Positions 31,192 through 40,064 of a stretch of DNA of 64,000 nucleotides are shown here, in pieces (the stretch's first letter is position 1; each line of letters opens with the position of its first letter). The DNA is from Vulcanimicrobiota bacterium (GTDB taxonomy: Bacteria > Vulcanimicrobiota > Vulcanimicrobiia > Vulcanimicrobiales > Vulcanimicrobiaceae): positions 1,632,001 to 1,696,000 of the forward strand of contig CAVTCS010000003.1 in NCBI GenBank assembly GCA_963733295.1, in the 5' to 3' direction. Under the pieces are notes generated by a model that saw nothing but the letters and a program-made list of their open reading frames with translations, was not told the origin of the DNA and did no database searches. A program made the translations under genes and the position numbers.

Positions 31192-31383
31192 GAAGGGTTT
31201 TTTCAACCGTGCCCCGAGCGGCGCCTGGGTGGGTCTCGCCACGGATCCGAGCCGCCGGCAGGCGCGCCGGCCGGAGGCTGGGCGTTTGGCAAAGAAGGTC
31301 ACGCTCGTGCGGAATGCGGCGCTTCTTCAGCCCGTCCTTCGCCGCGCTTAGGGAGAACGAACGATGTCGAAGCGAGACAAATC

Positions 31384-32001
31384 ATGAGCGATGCCGCGAC
31401 GGTAGCGGAACGCCCGGCGCCTGCGGCCGGGTCCGTCTCCCTCGTGAAGATCTTCAGCGTCTTCCTTACGATCGGAGCGACGAGCTTTGGCGGAGGCGTC
31501 GTCGCGTACTTACGTAACAGCCTCGTGAAAAAGAACGGCTGGCTGAGCGACACGCAGTTCCTCGAATTGATGTCGATCAGCAACACGCTGCCCGGCCTCA
31601 ACGCGACGAACATGTCGATTCTTGCGGGCAACCGGTTACGCGGCTGGCCCGGCGCCGTCGCGGCGATGCTGGGAATGTGTCTCCCCGGCCTCGTCTTCAT
31701 GACGGTTGCCGGCATTCTGTATGGCGAGCATGGCGACCGGACGCTCGTGACGGCAGCGCTGAAAGGCGTCGCCGCGGCGGCTGTCGGCCTCATCGCGGCG
31801 ACGTGGTACCAACTCGGACGCAAGTCCGTGCGCGATTTCTTCGACGCCCTCATCATCGTTCTCGCGATCGTGGCGATCAACCAGTTCAAGCTTTCCGTTC
31901 CGATCGTCTTGCTCGGCGTCGGCGCGCTTGCGATCTTCCACCACCGCCCCGGTGGTGCAAAGCCGGAGTCGGAGGGCAAATGGATCAGCTCCCTGCAATA
32001 G
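31384..32001 (+). CDS. Short-chain chromate transporter, subunit 1
   Basis: IGATSFGGG, WLSDTQF, TLPGLNA. Confidence 0.9.
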   Translation: MSDAATVAERPAPAAGSVSLVKIFSVFLTIGATSFGGGVVAYLRNSLVKKNGWLSDTQFLELMSISNTLPGLNATNMSILAGNRLRGWPGAVAAMLGMCLPGLVFMTVAGILYGEHGDRTLVTAALKGVAAAAVGLIAATWYQLGRKSVRDFFDALIIVLAIVAINQFKLSVPIVLLGVGALAIFHHRPGGAKPESEGKWISSLQ

Positions 32002-32504
32002 CGCGCGTTTTCGCGTACCTCTCGTTACTCACGGTCGGCGGCGGTATGGCGGCTTTTCCCGAAATGAAGACGCTCGTCGTCGACGTGCATCACTGGCTGA
32101 CGTTCCCACAGCTGATCCACTTGTACAGCGTCGGGCAGATGGCGCCCGGTCCGAACATGATGATGGTGGCTTCGGTCGGCGACCGGATCGCCGGCATCCC
32201 CGGCGCGTTGATCGCGGCGGCGGCGTTCTTCGTTCCGACCGGAATCTTGACGTTCGTCGTGGGCAATATCTGGGAGAAGCTCGCCAAGTGGCCGTGGCGC
32301 CAATCGATTCAGTATGGTCTGGCGCCCGTCGCCGTCGGCCTTGCGGTCGCGGGCACGATCACCCTCGGAAAAGGCGCCATCGGCGGCTGGCTGACCGCAG
32401 CACTCGCGCTTGCCGTTTTCCTCGCGACGCTGGGCACGAAAATCAACCCCGCGCTTCTGATCCTCGGCGGCGCTATCGTGGGAGTCGCCGCACTCCGTCC
32501 TTGA
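31980..32504 (+). CDS. Short-chain chromate transporter, subunit 2
   Basis: LTVGGG, HHWLT, QMAPGPN. Confidence 0.9.
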   Translation: MDQLPAIARVFAYLSLLTVGGGMAAFPEMKTLVVDVHHWLTFPQLIHLYSVGQMAPGPNMMMVASVGDRIAGIPGALIAAAAFFVPTGILTFVVGNIWEKLAKWPWRQSIQYGLAPVAVGLAVAGTITLGKGAIGGWLTAALALAVFLATLGTKINPALLILGGAIVGVAALRP

Positions 32505-32509
32505 CCCGC

Positions 32510-32672
32510 TAGTGTCGCGCCCCAGAGGTTCGTTGCATAAATCGGCGGTGGATTTTTGTTCGTATCGAGGAGCAAGGAGCGTGGAATGACGAGTCATTTG
32601 AGCGACGAGCGACGATGATACGGGCAAAAAGCCGCGCCGCGTTATGCGACGAATCTCTGGGGCGCGACACTA
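32510..32672. mobile_element. 163-bp palindromic MITE/REP-like element flanked by TA
   Basis: Termini TAGTGTCGCGCCCCAGAGGTTCGTTGCATAA and TTATGCGACGAATCTCTGGGGCGCGACACTA (29/31 inverted match) plus inner inverted arms. Confidence 0.75.
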
Positions 32673-33542
32673 TAGCGGAAAGAGCGTCCGCAAGGCGCTA
32701 TGATCGCGCTCGCCCTCGCCGCGCGCGATGAGCTCGTCGAAGCGTTCGCGCACGAGCTTCGCCGCGACGAGGTCGAGCGCTCGTTCGTCGCCCGCGTTGG
32801 AGGCGATGTTCATGTCCTTGCGGTGAAGCTTCGTCTTGAAACCGGGGTCAAAATTCCGGTCGAGCATGCGTTGACCGTGCACTTCGAGAACCTTGCTTTG
32901 CGCGAAACCGCCGAGCAACGCTAGGCGCACCTTTGCAGCGTCGACGCCCGATGCTTCCGCCAGGGCCAGCGCTTCCGCAACCGCTTCGATCGTGACGCCG
33001 ACGACGATCTGATTGCACGCCTTGGTCACTTGACCGGCGCCGCTTGGGCCGACGTGCACGATGTTCTTCCCGAGCGCCTCGAAGATCGGTTTGGCGCGTT
33101 CGAAGGCCGCCTCACTGCCACCGGCCATGATCGAGAGCGTCGCGTTCTTTGCGCCCTGCTCCCCGCCGCTCACCGGCGCGTCCAGCGCGTCGATCTCGCG
33201 CTTGCGCAGAGCTTCCGCTACGCTGCGTGCGCTCGCGGGAGCGATCGTACTCATGTCGATGAACAGCGCGCCGCCGGCGAGTCCCTGCGCGACGCCGTCC
33301 GCGCCGAGGACGACGCTCTCGACGTCGGGCGAATCGGGCAGCATCGTGATGACGACCTGACTTCGTGACGCAACCTCGCGGGGCGAGCCGCCGCGCAGTG
33401 CACCCTCCGCTACCAATTCGTCGACCGGACCCTGCGAGCGATTGGAAACGACCAACGGGTATCCGGCGCGCAACAGGTTGCGCGCCATCGGTTTGCCCAT
33501 GATTCCAAGGCCTACGAACCCGATCGTGGGTTTGCCGCTCAT
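32670..33542 (-). CDS. 2-hydroxy-3-oxopropionate (tartronate semialdehyde) reductase-like
   Basis: GFVGLGIMGKPMA, DAPVSGG, KACNQ, GGFAQSKVL; coupled to hyi. Confidence 0.88.
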   Translation of the reverse strand: MSGKPTIGFVGLGIMGKPMARNLLRAGYPLVVSNRSQGPVDELVAEGALRGGSPREVASRSQVVITMLPDSPDVESVVLGADGVAQGLAGGALFIDMSTIAPASARSVAEALRKREIDALDAPVSGGEQGAKNATLSIMAGGSEAAFERAKPIFEALGKNIVHVGPSGAGQVTKACNQIVVGVTIEAVAEALALAEASGVDAAKVRLALLGGFAQSKVLEVHGQRMLDRNFDPGFKTKLHRKDMNIASNAGDERALDLVAAKLVRERFDELIARGEGERDHSALRTLFPL

Positions 33543-34333
33543 GCGACTACTCCGCCGGCGCGCAGCACGTGCATCCAGCCGAACGTTTCGGAGGTGGCGC
33601 GCGACGGTTTGTACTCGAGTCCCACCCAGCCTTCGTAGCGGAGCTCGTCGAGCTCGGGCAGGATGCGCTCGTATGCGAGTTCGCCCGTGCCCGGTTCGTT
33701 GCGGCCGGGACTGTCGGCAACTTGCACGTGCCGGATGCGGGCGATGTGCGCGCGCAGCGTAGCCAGAATATTCCCTTCGGCGCGCTGCGCGTGGTAGATG
33801 TCGTACTGCAAGCCCAAATTCGGCGCGCCCGTTGCGTCGATGAGCGCGAGCGCTTCCGGCGACGTTCCGATCAAGAATCCGGGCGTTTCGATACGGTTGA
33901 GCGGCTCGATCACGAGCGTTATACCCTCCTTGCCCAGTTCGCCCGCCGCAAATCGAAGGTTGTCGAGCAGGGTCGCGCGAGCGAGCGCCGGATCGAGACC
34001 GGGAATCGCTTTACCGACGAGACAGTTGATCCGCGTGCATCCGAGTTCGCGCGCCGCGACGCGCGCCGCCTCCACGCCGCGCCGGAACTCGCCGGTTCGC
34101 GACGGGTCCGAGGCGAAGCCGCGTTCGCCCGATGCGAAGTCTCCGACGGGCAAATTGAAAAGCACCTGCTCGATGCCGTGCCGGCGCAGCCGGCGCCGGA
34201 TCTCGGCGATTTCGAACTCGTACGGCGACATGTACTCGACGCCGGTGAAACCATCCGAAGCGGCGGCGTCGATCCGCTCGAGAAACGGAACCTCTTGGTA
34301 CAGAAACGAGAGATTCGCCGAAAAGCGTGGCAT
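33539..34333 (-). CDS. hyi: Hydroxypyruvate isomerase
   Basis: MPRFSANLSFLY, LFNLP.GD, IEPLN, QYDIYH, QVADSPGRNEPGTGE. Confidence 0.92.
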   Translation of the reverse strand: MPRFSANLSFLYQEVPFLERIDAAASDGFTGVEYMSPYEFEIAEIRRRLRRHGIEQVLFNLPVGDFASGERGFASDPSRTGEFRRGVEAARVAARELGCTRINCLVGKAIPGLDPALARATLLDNLRFAAGELGKEGITLVIEPLNRIETPGFLIGTSPEALALIDATGAPNLGLQYDIYHAQRAEGNILATLRAHIARIRHVQVADSPGRNEPGTGELAYERILPELDELRYEGWVGLEYKPSRATSETFGWMHVLRAGGVVA

Positions 34334-34444
34334 CTTCGGGGGTTTCTCCTTCGAGCGTGGCTTCTTCCCGTCGTTCGCAAGTCTTTTACGCCGCCGGGAA
34401 AAGCCGCGAGCGAAGCCTAACGGCTCCGGTTAGCTGCCCTTAGA

Positions 34445-34843
34445 ATGCGAGCTGGATTGAGCGAGTTTTTCGGGTCCAACATCGAGTGGATTCTCGTGGT
34501 CTCGGGAGTGCTGACCGCGCTTGCGGGAGCCTGTGCGTTCCTGTTTCCAAAACCCCTGCTGCGCCTGATCTTCAAGGTCGAGAATCCCGACGCAGCGATC
34601 CTCTTCTTCGTCATGCATTGGGGCATCCTGATCTTCGTCGTCGGTGCGCTTCTCAAGGTCGTGGCGTACGAACCCGGCCTGCGCGCTCCGGTGCTCATCG
34701 CAGCCGCGATCGAAAAATTCGGGATCCTCTTTCTCGTCCTGTTCGGACCGCTAAAACGGACGCTCGGGATGACGGCGATCGCCGCCTTTGACGGATCCTT
34801 GGCGGTGATCTACGTGCTCTACCTGGTCAGCATGCCGCGCTGA
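34445..34843 (+). CDS. Four-TM membrane protein
   Basis: Four hydrophobic helices, HWG and IEK motifs; directly precedes the antiporter. Confidence 0.7.
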   Translation: MRAGLSEFFGSNIEWILVVSGVLTALAGACAFLFPKPLLRLIFKVENPDAAILFFVMHWGILIFVVGALLKVVAYEPGLRAPVLIAAAIEKFGILFLVLFGPLKRTLGMTAIAAFDGSLAVIYVLYLVSMPR

Positions 34844-34850
34844 CGTTCGC

Positions 34851-36479
34851 ATGAGCCTCAGCACGCCGGCGCTCGTCTTTTGGATGCTTCTCGCGATCAC
34901 GCTCTTTGCGATCGTGTCGCGGCTCGTCCGGGTCCCGTACCCCATCGTGATGCTGGTCGGCGGCGGACTCCTCGCGCTACTGCCGGGACTGCACCCGGTG
35001 ACGCTCGCGCCCGACGTCGTCTTCCTCGTTTTGCTGCCGCTGCTGCTGTTCGGCGGCGGCTGGACCACCGATTTTCAGGCGTTCAAAGAGTTCTTGATTC
35101 CGATTCTGTGGCTCGCGCTCCCCGTCGTCGTGATGACGACGGTAGCGGTCGCGTACCTCGCGCACGCTTGGATGGGACTGCCCCTGGCCTCGGCCTTCGT
35201 CCTCGGTGCGATCCTCTCACCATCGGATGCCATCGCGACCGAAGCGATAGCTCAGGAGATCCCGTTTCCGCGCGGGTCCGAAGCGATCTTGAGCGGCGAA
35301 AGCTTGGTCAACGATGCGGTCGCGCTCGTCATCTATGGCTTCGCCGTTGCGGCCGTTTCGAGAGGAACGTTTTCGCTCGCACCCGCTACCGTCGACTTCA
35401 TCTACGTTGTCGTTGCGGGAGTCGCGATCGGGATTCTCGTCGCATGGGCAATGTACGGAGTCGCCCGCTTGATGCAAAGAGCGAACTTGAACGACGAGCT
35501 AATGGGCGTGCTGTTGTCCGTCGTGACGCCGTTCATGACGTACTTGCCGGCACAGGAAGCGCAGGCTTCGGGCGTGCTCGCCGCCGTCTCGGGTGGAGTC
35601 TTCCTGAGTGCGCGCTCGGACAAGATCTTCGATGCGGACCAGCGGATCGCGGCGACCAGCGTGTGGGTCACGATCACGTTCGCCCTGAACGGCTTTGCCT
35701 TCATCCTCGTCGGATTGCAATTGCGCTCGGTATTCGCAGAGCTTACCTCATTCCGGGCCTCGACGTTGCTAGCCTATGCGCTCGAAGTTGCGGCTGTTAT
35801 CGTCGCGGTGCGGATGCTGGCCGTTTTCGCCGGCGGTTCGTTCCGCTGGAGTCGACGCAAGGCGCAGGGAGCGGCAGTCGGGCCGCATCCACCCTGGGGC
35901 GAATTCTTCATCACCGGCTGGGCCGGCATGCGCGGCATCGTTACGTTGGCAGGGGCGCTCGCGATCCCGGCCGTCACGGCGGCGGGCCAGCCCTTTCCAG
36001 GCCGCGCGCTGATCCTCTACTTGGCCTTCACGACGATCGTCATCACCTTGATCGGGCAGGGCTTGACGCTTCCGTTCATCGTGCGCCGGCTTGGCCCCGG
36101 CCGGGACGGCCTTCTCGAGCGCGATCTCGCGCTGGCGCAACTGACCTTGGCCACGGCCGGACGCGAACGCCTGCGCGAACTCGAGGCTGGTTTCACAACG
36201 ACCGCGCAATGGGAAGTGGCATCACGTCTGATCGGCACGCTCGATCAACGAATCGCGCGGGCCAAAACGATGATCGAGGGCGGAGCCGGCGATGAGAAAC
36301 CATCCGATCTCCCTTCGATCGACCACACCCTGCAGAGAGCGATCCATCAAGCCGAACGCGCTGCGCTCGAAGCGCTGCGGCGCAAACGCCAAATCGGCGA
36401 CCGCGCGTTCCGCCATACCCAGTACGAGATCGACCTCGCGGAATCTCTGCTAAAACAGAACTCGCCCTTCGCGGAGTAA
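34851..36479 (+). CDS. Na+/H+ antiporter (CPA1, YjcE-like)
   Basis: LSPSDAIA, GESLVND, WAGMRGIVTLA; C-terminal cytoplasmic domain. Confidence 0.92.
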   Translation: MSLSTPALVFWMLLAITLFAIVSRLVRVPYPIVMLVGGGLLALLPGLHPVTLAPDVVFLVLLPLLLFGGGWTTDFQAFKEFLIPILWLALPVVVMTTVAVAYLAHAWMGLPLASAFVLGAILSPSDAIATEAIAQEIPFPRGSEAILSGESLVNDAVALVIYGFAVAAVSRGTFSLAPATVDFIYVVVAGVAIGILVAWAMYGVARLMQRANLNDELMGVLLSVVTPFMTYLPAQEAQASGVLAAVSGGVFLSARSDKIFDADQRIAATSVWVTITFALNGFAFILVGLQLRSVFAELTSFRASTLLAYALEVAAVIVAVRMLAVFAGGSFRWSRRKAQGAAVGPHPPWGEFFITGWAGMRGIVTLAGALAIPAVTAAGQPFPGRALILYLAFTTIVITLIGQGLTLPFIVRRLGPGRDGLLERDLALAQLTLATAGRERLRELEAGFTTTAQWEVASRLIGTLDQRIARAKTMIEGGAGDEKPSDLPSIDHTLQRAIHQAERAALEALRRKRQIGDRAFRHTQYEIDLAESLLKQNSPFAE

Positions 36480-36487
36480 GAGCCCCG

Positions 36488-37783
36488 TCACCAGCCGATC
36501 TTCGCGAAGTGGACGATCGCTAAGGCATCCGGCGCTGACGTTGCTAGGTAGACGACGCCACTGACTCCGACGAGAAGAGTCACGACGGCGGCCGCGAGAG
36601 CAAGCGGGACGCCGATGCGATATTCGCCCATCAGCGTGCGATCGCGCGCGAGCGCGATCAGCATGACCAGCGTCACGGGCGTCGCGATCCCGCCGACGAT
36701 CGAAGCGGCTACGAGAAACGCGATCGGCGCAAAACCTACGAAGGCGACAAGCGTTCCGAGCGCGATGGCGGCCGCGACGACGCCGTAGAAACCTGGTGCT
36801 TCCGAGGGCTTGGCGTCGAGGCCGCGCTGCCATCCGAACGATTCGGCGACGACGTAACCGATCGACGCCGCGATCACCGGAACCGCGATGATCGTCGAGG
36901 CGAGAAGTCCGACGGCGAACACGATCGGAGCGAACGCACCGGCGAGAGGCTCCAGCGCGCGTGCCGCATCGGCAGCCGTTTCGACCGAATGTCCGCTCAC
37001 ACCGAGCGTCGCGCCCGTGCCGACCAGAATAAAAAAGAAACTGCAGACCGGAAAGATCAGGCCGAGGACCGCGTCGCGCTGGACGAAGCGGAGCTTCGCC
37101 GCGGACTCTTTCCGCTGCGAGACCTCGATCGATTCCCAGAGATACACGTAGCTCGTCAACGTCGTTCCGAGTAGCGCGACCGCTCCCCCGATATGCACGG
37201 CGTCCCAGCTGAATCGCGGGAACACGACGGCTCGCGCGATCTGTCCCCAATCGGGATGCGCGAGTACCGTGCTCGCGACATATGCCAAAAATCCGAGCGT
37301 CGCAAAAGCGAGGATCCGCTCGATCTGCGCGTAGCGTCTCGTGCATAACAAAAGCGCGGTGATCGCCGCGATCGGGGCGATCAGCCAACTGCTCGGCAGG
37401 CCGACCAAAAGGTTCAAAGCTTCGGCGCCGGCTTTGATGTCAGCGGCGAGCGTCAGCAAACTGACGGGCGCGATGCAGAACAGAGAGACCAGCGCGATCC
37501 CGAGGCCGTAGCGCTTGCGCAGCGCTGCTTGGAATCCCGTTCCCGCAACGGTCCCGATCGCGGCAGCAAGCGCCTGCACGACGGCCAGCATCGGCAGGAT
37601 CAAAAGAACGAGCCAAGCCAGGCTATATCCGGTCGATGCACCGACGACCGCGAGCGAGGCCACCGTCGTCGGATCGTTATTGGACGAGCCCGCGACGAAG
37701 CCGGGACCGAAGAGTCCAAGGAATCGCTTGCGGGGACCGCCTTCGGCCGGCATCGCCGCCGGTTCACAGTGAATCGCGGACAT
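36488..37783 (-). CDS. NRAMP-family divalent metal transporter
   Basis: FGPGFVAGSSNNDP, LGTTLTSY; about 11 TM helices; start approximate. Confidence 0.88.
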   Translation of the reverse strand: MSAIHCEPAAMPAEGGPRKRFLGLFGPGFVAGSSNNDPTTVASLAVVGASTGYSLAWLVLLILPMLAVVQALAAAIGTVAGTGFQAALRKRYGLGIALVSLFCIAPVSLLTLAADIKAGAEALNLLVGLPSSWLIAPIAAITALLLCTRRYAQIERILAFATLGFLAYVASTVLAHPDWGQIARAVVFPRFSWDAVHIGGAVALLGTTLTSYVYLWESIEVSQRKESAAKLRFVQRDAVLGLIFPVCSFFFILVGTGATLGVSGHSVETAADAARALEPLAGAFAPIVFAVGLLASTIIAVPVIAASIGYVVAESFGWQRGLDAKPSEAPGFYGVVAAAIALGTLVAFVGFAPIAFLVAASIVGGIATPVTLVMLIALARDRTLMGEYRIGVPLALAAAVVTLLVGVSGVVYLATSAPDALAIVHFAKIGW

Positions 37784-37877
37784 CGGCGCTTGGTTTTGCG
37801 GCGCGTCCGAGCCGGCCCTGTTACAGGCGAAGCGCTCAGGCAGGCGTCGCCGAGCACCGCGCTCGTATACACGAACG

Positions 37878-38651
37878 ATGATCGAAGAGTACGTCGGGAT
37901 CGAAACGCGCGACGGCCTGATGGACACGTTCGTCTGCCGCCCGGAACGCAACGCTCCTTTCCCCATCATCCTCTTTTTCATGGACGCACCGGGCATCCGC
38001 GAAGAGCTCCGCGACATGGTGCGGAGGTTCGCCGCCGTCGGCTACTACGTGATGTTGCCGAACCTCTACTATCGCTCCGGCGTCACCGAATTGGGCCCAA
38101 TCTCGCTCGAGGAGAACCATCCTTCGCGCGTTCGGATGACCGAGCTCAAAGATTCTCTGTCGATTCGGATGGTCGGCGATGACACGGACGCGCTGATCGC
38201 TTTCGCCGGCGAGCAGGCGGCACCGAGCGCCACGCCGATCGGTTGCGTCGGGTACTGCATGAGCGGACAATATGCGACCGGAGCGGCGCTGCGCTACCCC
38301 GAGCGCATCGCAGCGGCGGCCTCGATCTACGGAATTTCGCTCGTAACCGATCGGCCGGACAGCCCTCACCTCGCTCCGCAGCGCACGAACGCGGAGTATT
38401 ACTTCGCCTGCGCCGAAACCGACCGCTGGGTACCAGTCGAAATGGTGGACGAGCTGCGCCGCGCGCTTGCCGGAGCGAAGAACGCCGAGGTCGAGTTGTA
38501 CCCCGGCGTCGAGCACGGCTTTGCATTCCCCAAGCGACCCGCCTACCACAAACCTTCGGCCGAGCGGCATTGGGAACGGCTTTTCGCGCTCTTCGCCCGC
38601 CGCTTACGCAGCGAGGGAATGCATCGAGATCCGCGCGAAGCCGTCACGTAG
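37878..38651 (+). CDS. Dienelactone hydrolase family protein
   Basis: MDAPGIR, GYCMSG nucleophile, YPGVEHGFAF. Confidence 0.92.
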   Translation: MIEEYVGIETRDGLMDTFVCRPERNAPFPIILFFMDAPGIREELRDMVRRFAAVGYYVMLPNLYYRSGVTELGPISLEENHPSRVRMTELKDSLSIRMVGDDTDALIAFAGEQAAPSATPIGCVGYCMSGQYATGAALRYPERIAAAASIYGISLVTDRPDSPHLAPQRTNAEYYFACAETDRWVPVEMVDELRRALAGAKNAEVELYPGVEHGFAFPKRPAYHKPSAERHWERLFALFARRLRSEGMHRDPREAVT

Positions 38652-38652
38652 T

Positions 38653-39270
38653 ATGGAACAGACGAGCGCCGATCGAGTCCTGAACGTCTGGTCGGACGTC
38701 GTCTGACCGTTTTGTTATCTCGGCTCGGTCTGGGTCGAGGAGGCTGCGCGGCAACTCGGGGTGCGCACTCGCTGGCTGCCCTTCGAGCTCCATGCCGGCA
38801 CGCCGCCGGAAGGCGCGGACAAGCCGTTCACCGACGCGCAATGGCCCGCCATCCGCGAGCGACTCATCGGAATTGCGCGCAACGTCGGCCTGCCGCTCGA
38901 TCCTCCCCGTCGTAACGTGAACTCGCGCCTCGCGCTCGAGACGATGGAACTCGTGCGAGCGCGCCGGGGCGATGACGCCGCTGCAAGGTTCCACCACGCG
39001 GTGTCGCGCGCGTTCTTCGTCGACCGCGCGAACATTGCCGATCCCGCCGTCATTGCTGCCCAAGCATCGGTGTTCGGAGTCACGCCGGACGAGGTTGAAG
39101 CCGCGTGGAAAACGCATGCGTTCGCGCCTGCGGTTGATGCGTCGATCGCCGCTTCATTCGCCGCAGGAGTCCGGGGCGTGCCCGCCTTTGGATGGCCCGG
39201 CACTCGTGCCACGAGCGGTATGATGGAGCCCACCCAAATCATCAACGCTCTCGGGCCGCCGCCCGCCTAG
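38653..39270 (+). CDS. DsbA/FrnE-family oxidoreductase, probable selenoprotein (UxxC)
   Basis: MEQTSADRVLNVWSDVV-TGA-PFCYLG continues in frame to WLPFELH and GVRGVPAF; TGA at 38704-38706. Confidence 0.85.
38719..38739 (+). promoter_or_regulatory. Putative bacterial SECIS hairpin
   Basis: CTCGGCTC-GGTCT-GGGTCGAG: 8-bp stem starting 12 nt after the UGA; the loop begins with GG. Confidence 0.7.
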
Positions 39271-40064
39271 AAAAACTTGCTGGGAAGGGGAGGAAAATCG
39301 ATCGAGCGATCCGGCACGAACACCGGCCGCGAATGCGAATTGACGAACGCTGAAACGTCGATCGCCTCTTGGTCCGTCAGCGTGCCGCCCTGGCCGAGGG
39401 GCATATTTGCTTTCACGAAGCCGGGCATCTTGGTGTTCATGCCCGCGCCGGTATTGAACGAGGTTGGACCCCACAGCGGTGGAATGCCGGCACTCCCCGC
39501 GCCGTCGGCGCCGTGGCAGAGCGCGCACTTGGCGTTAAACAGCGCGCCCCCCGCAGCCACGTCGGCGGGATGCGAGGCCGTTACCGTCACGAAGTCCTGA
39601 TTGGGGAAACCGGTCCCCACCGGCGCTCCGCGCGAGAGAAACGCGATGTACGCCGTCATCGCGATCATCTCTTTACTCGAATAGGCGGGTGGGCGGCCGT
39701 TCATGCTATAGAGGAAACACTCCGCAATGCGATCTTGCAGCGCGATAAAGCGTCCCGAGCGCCGATTCCATTGCGGAAACTTCGCGTAGATTCCGAGGAA
39801 CGAACCACCGTGCGGAACGGTACCCGCGTTGAGATGGCAGGCCGCGCAGTCCATACGCGCGCCGACGTTGTTCGGCATGAGCTTCCGCGTATCGGTGATG
39901 AGGTCGCGGCCGTACGCGATCAATTGGCCCTCCGCGCCCGGCGGCAGCGTCGCGGTCGCCGCGGCGGTCGCCGGATCTGCTTGCGCGCCGGTCGGCGAGG
40001 GCGCGCTCGAAACGGCGACGGCAAAAACGAGGCACAAGATACCGAGTGCGAGGGTTGCCTTCAT
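39267..40064 (-). CDS. Diheme c-type cytochrome, TsdA (thiosulfate dehydrogenase)-like
   Basis: Signal peptide; CAACH and CALCH; RIAECFLYSMNG (catalytic-Cys position); PPLWG..SFNTGAGM; NMP. Confidence 0.8.
   Translation of the reverse strand: MKATLALGILCLVFAVAVSSAPSPTGAQADPATAAATATLPPGAEGQLIAYGRDLITDTRKLMPNNVGARMDCAACHLNAGTVPHGGSFLGIYAKFPQWNRRSGRFIALQDRIAECFLYSMNGRPPAYSSKEMIAMTAYIAFLSRGAPVGTGFPNQDFVTVTASHPADVAAGGALFNAKCALCHGADGAGSAGIPPLWGPTSFNTGAGMNTKMPGFVKANMPLGQGGTLTDQEAIDVSAFVNSHSRPVFVPDRSIDFPPLPSKFF

Noticed and set aside
38704..38706. Genome-wide TGA reassignment (code 4 or 25) as the explanation for the in-frame TGA
   Set aside because: Many genes here end properly at TGA (14501, 16317, 23925), and Trp is encoded by TGG.
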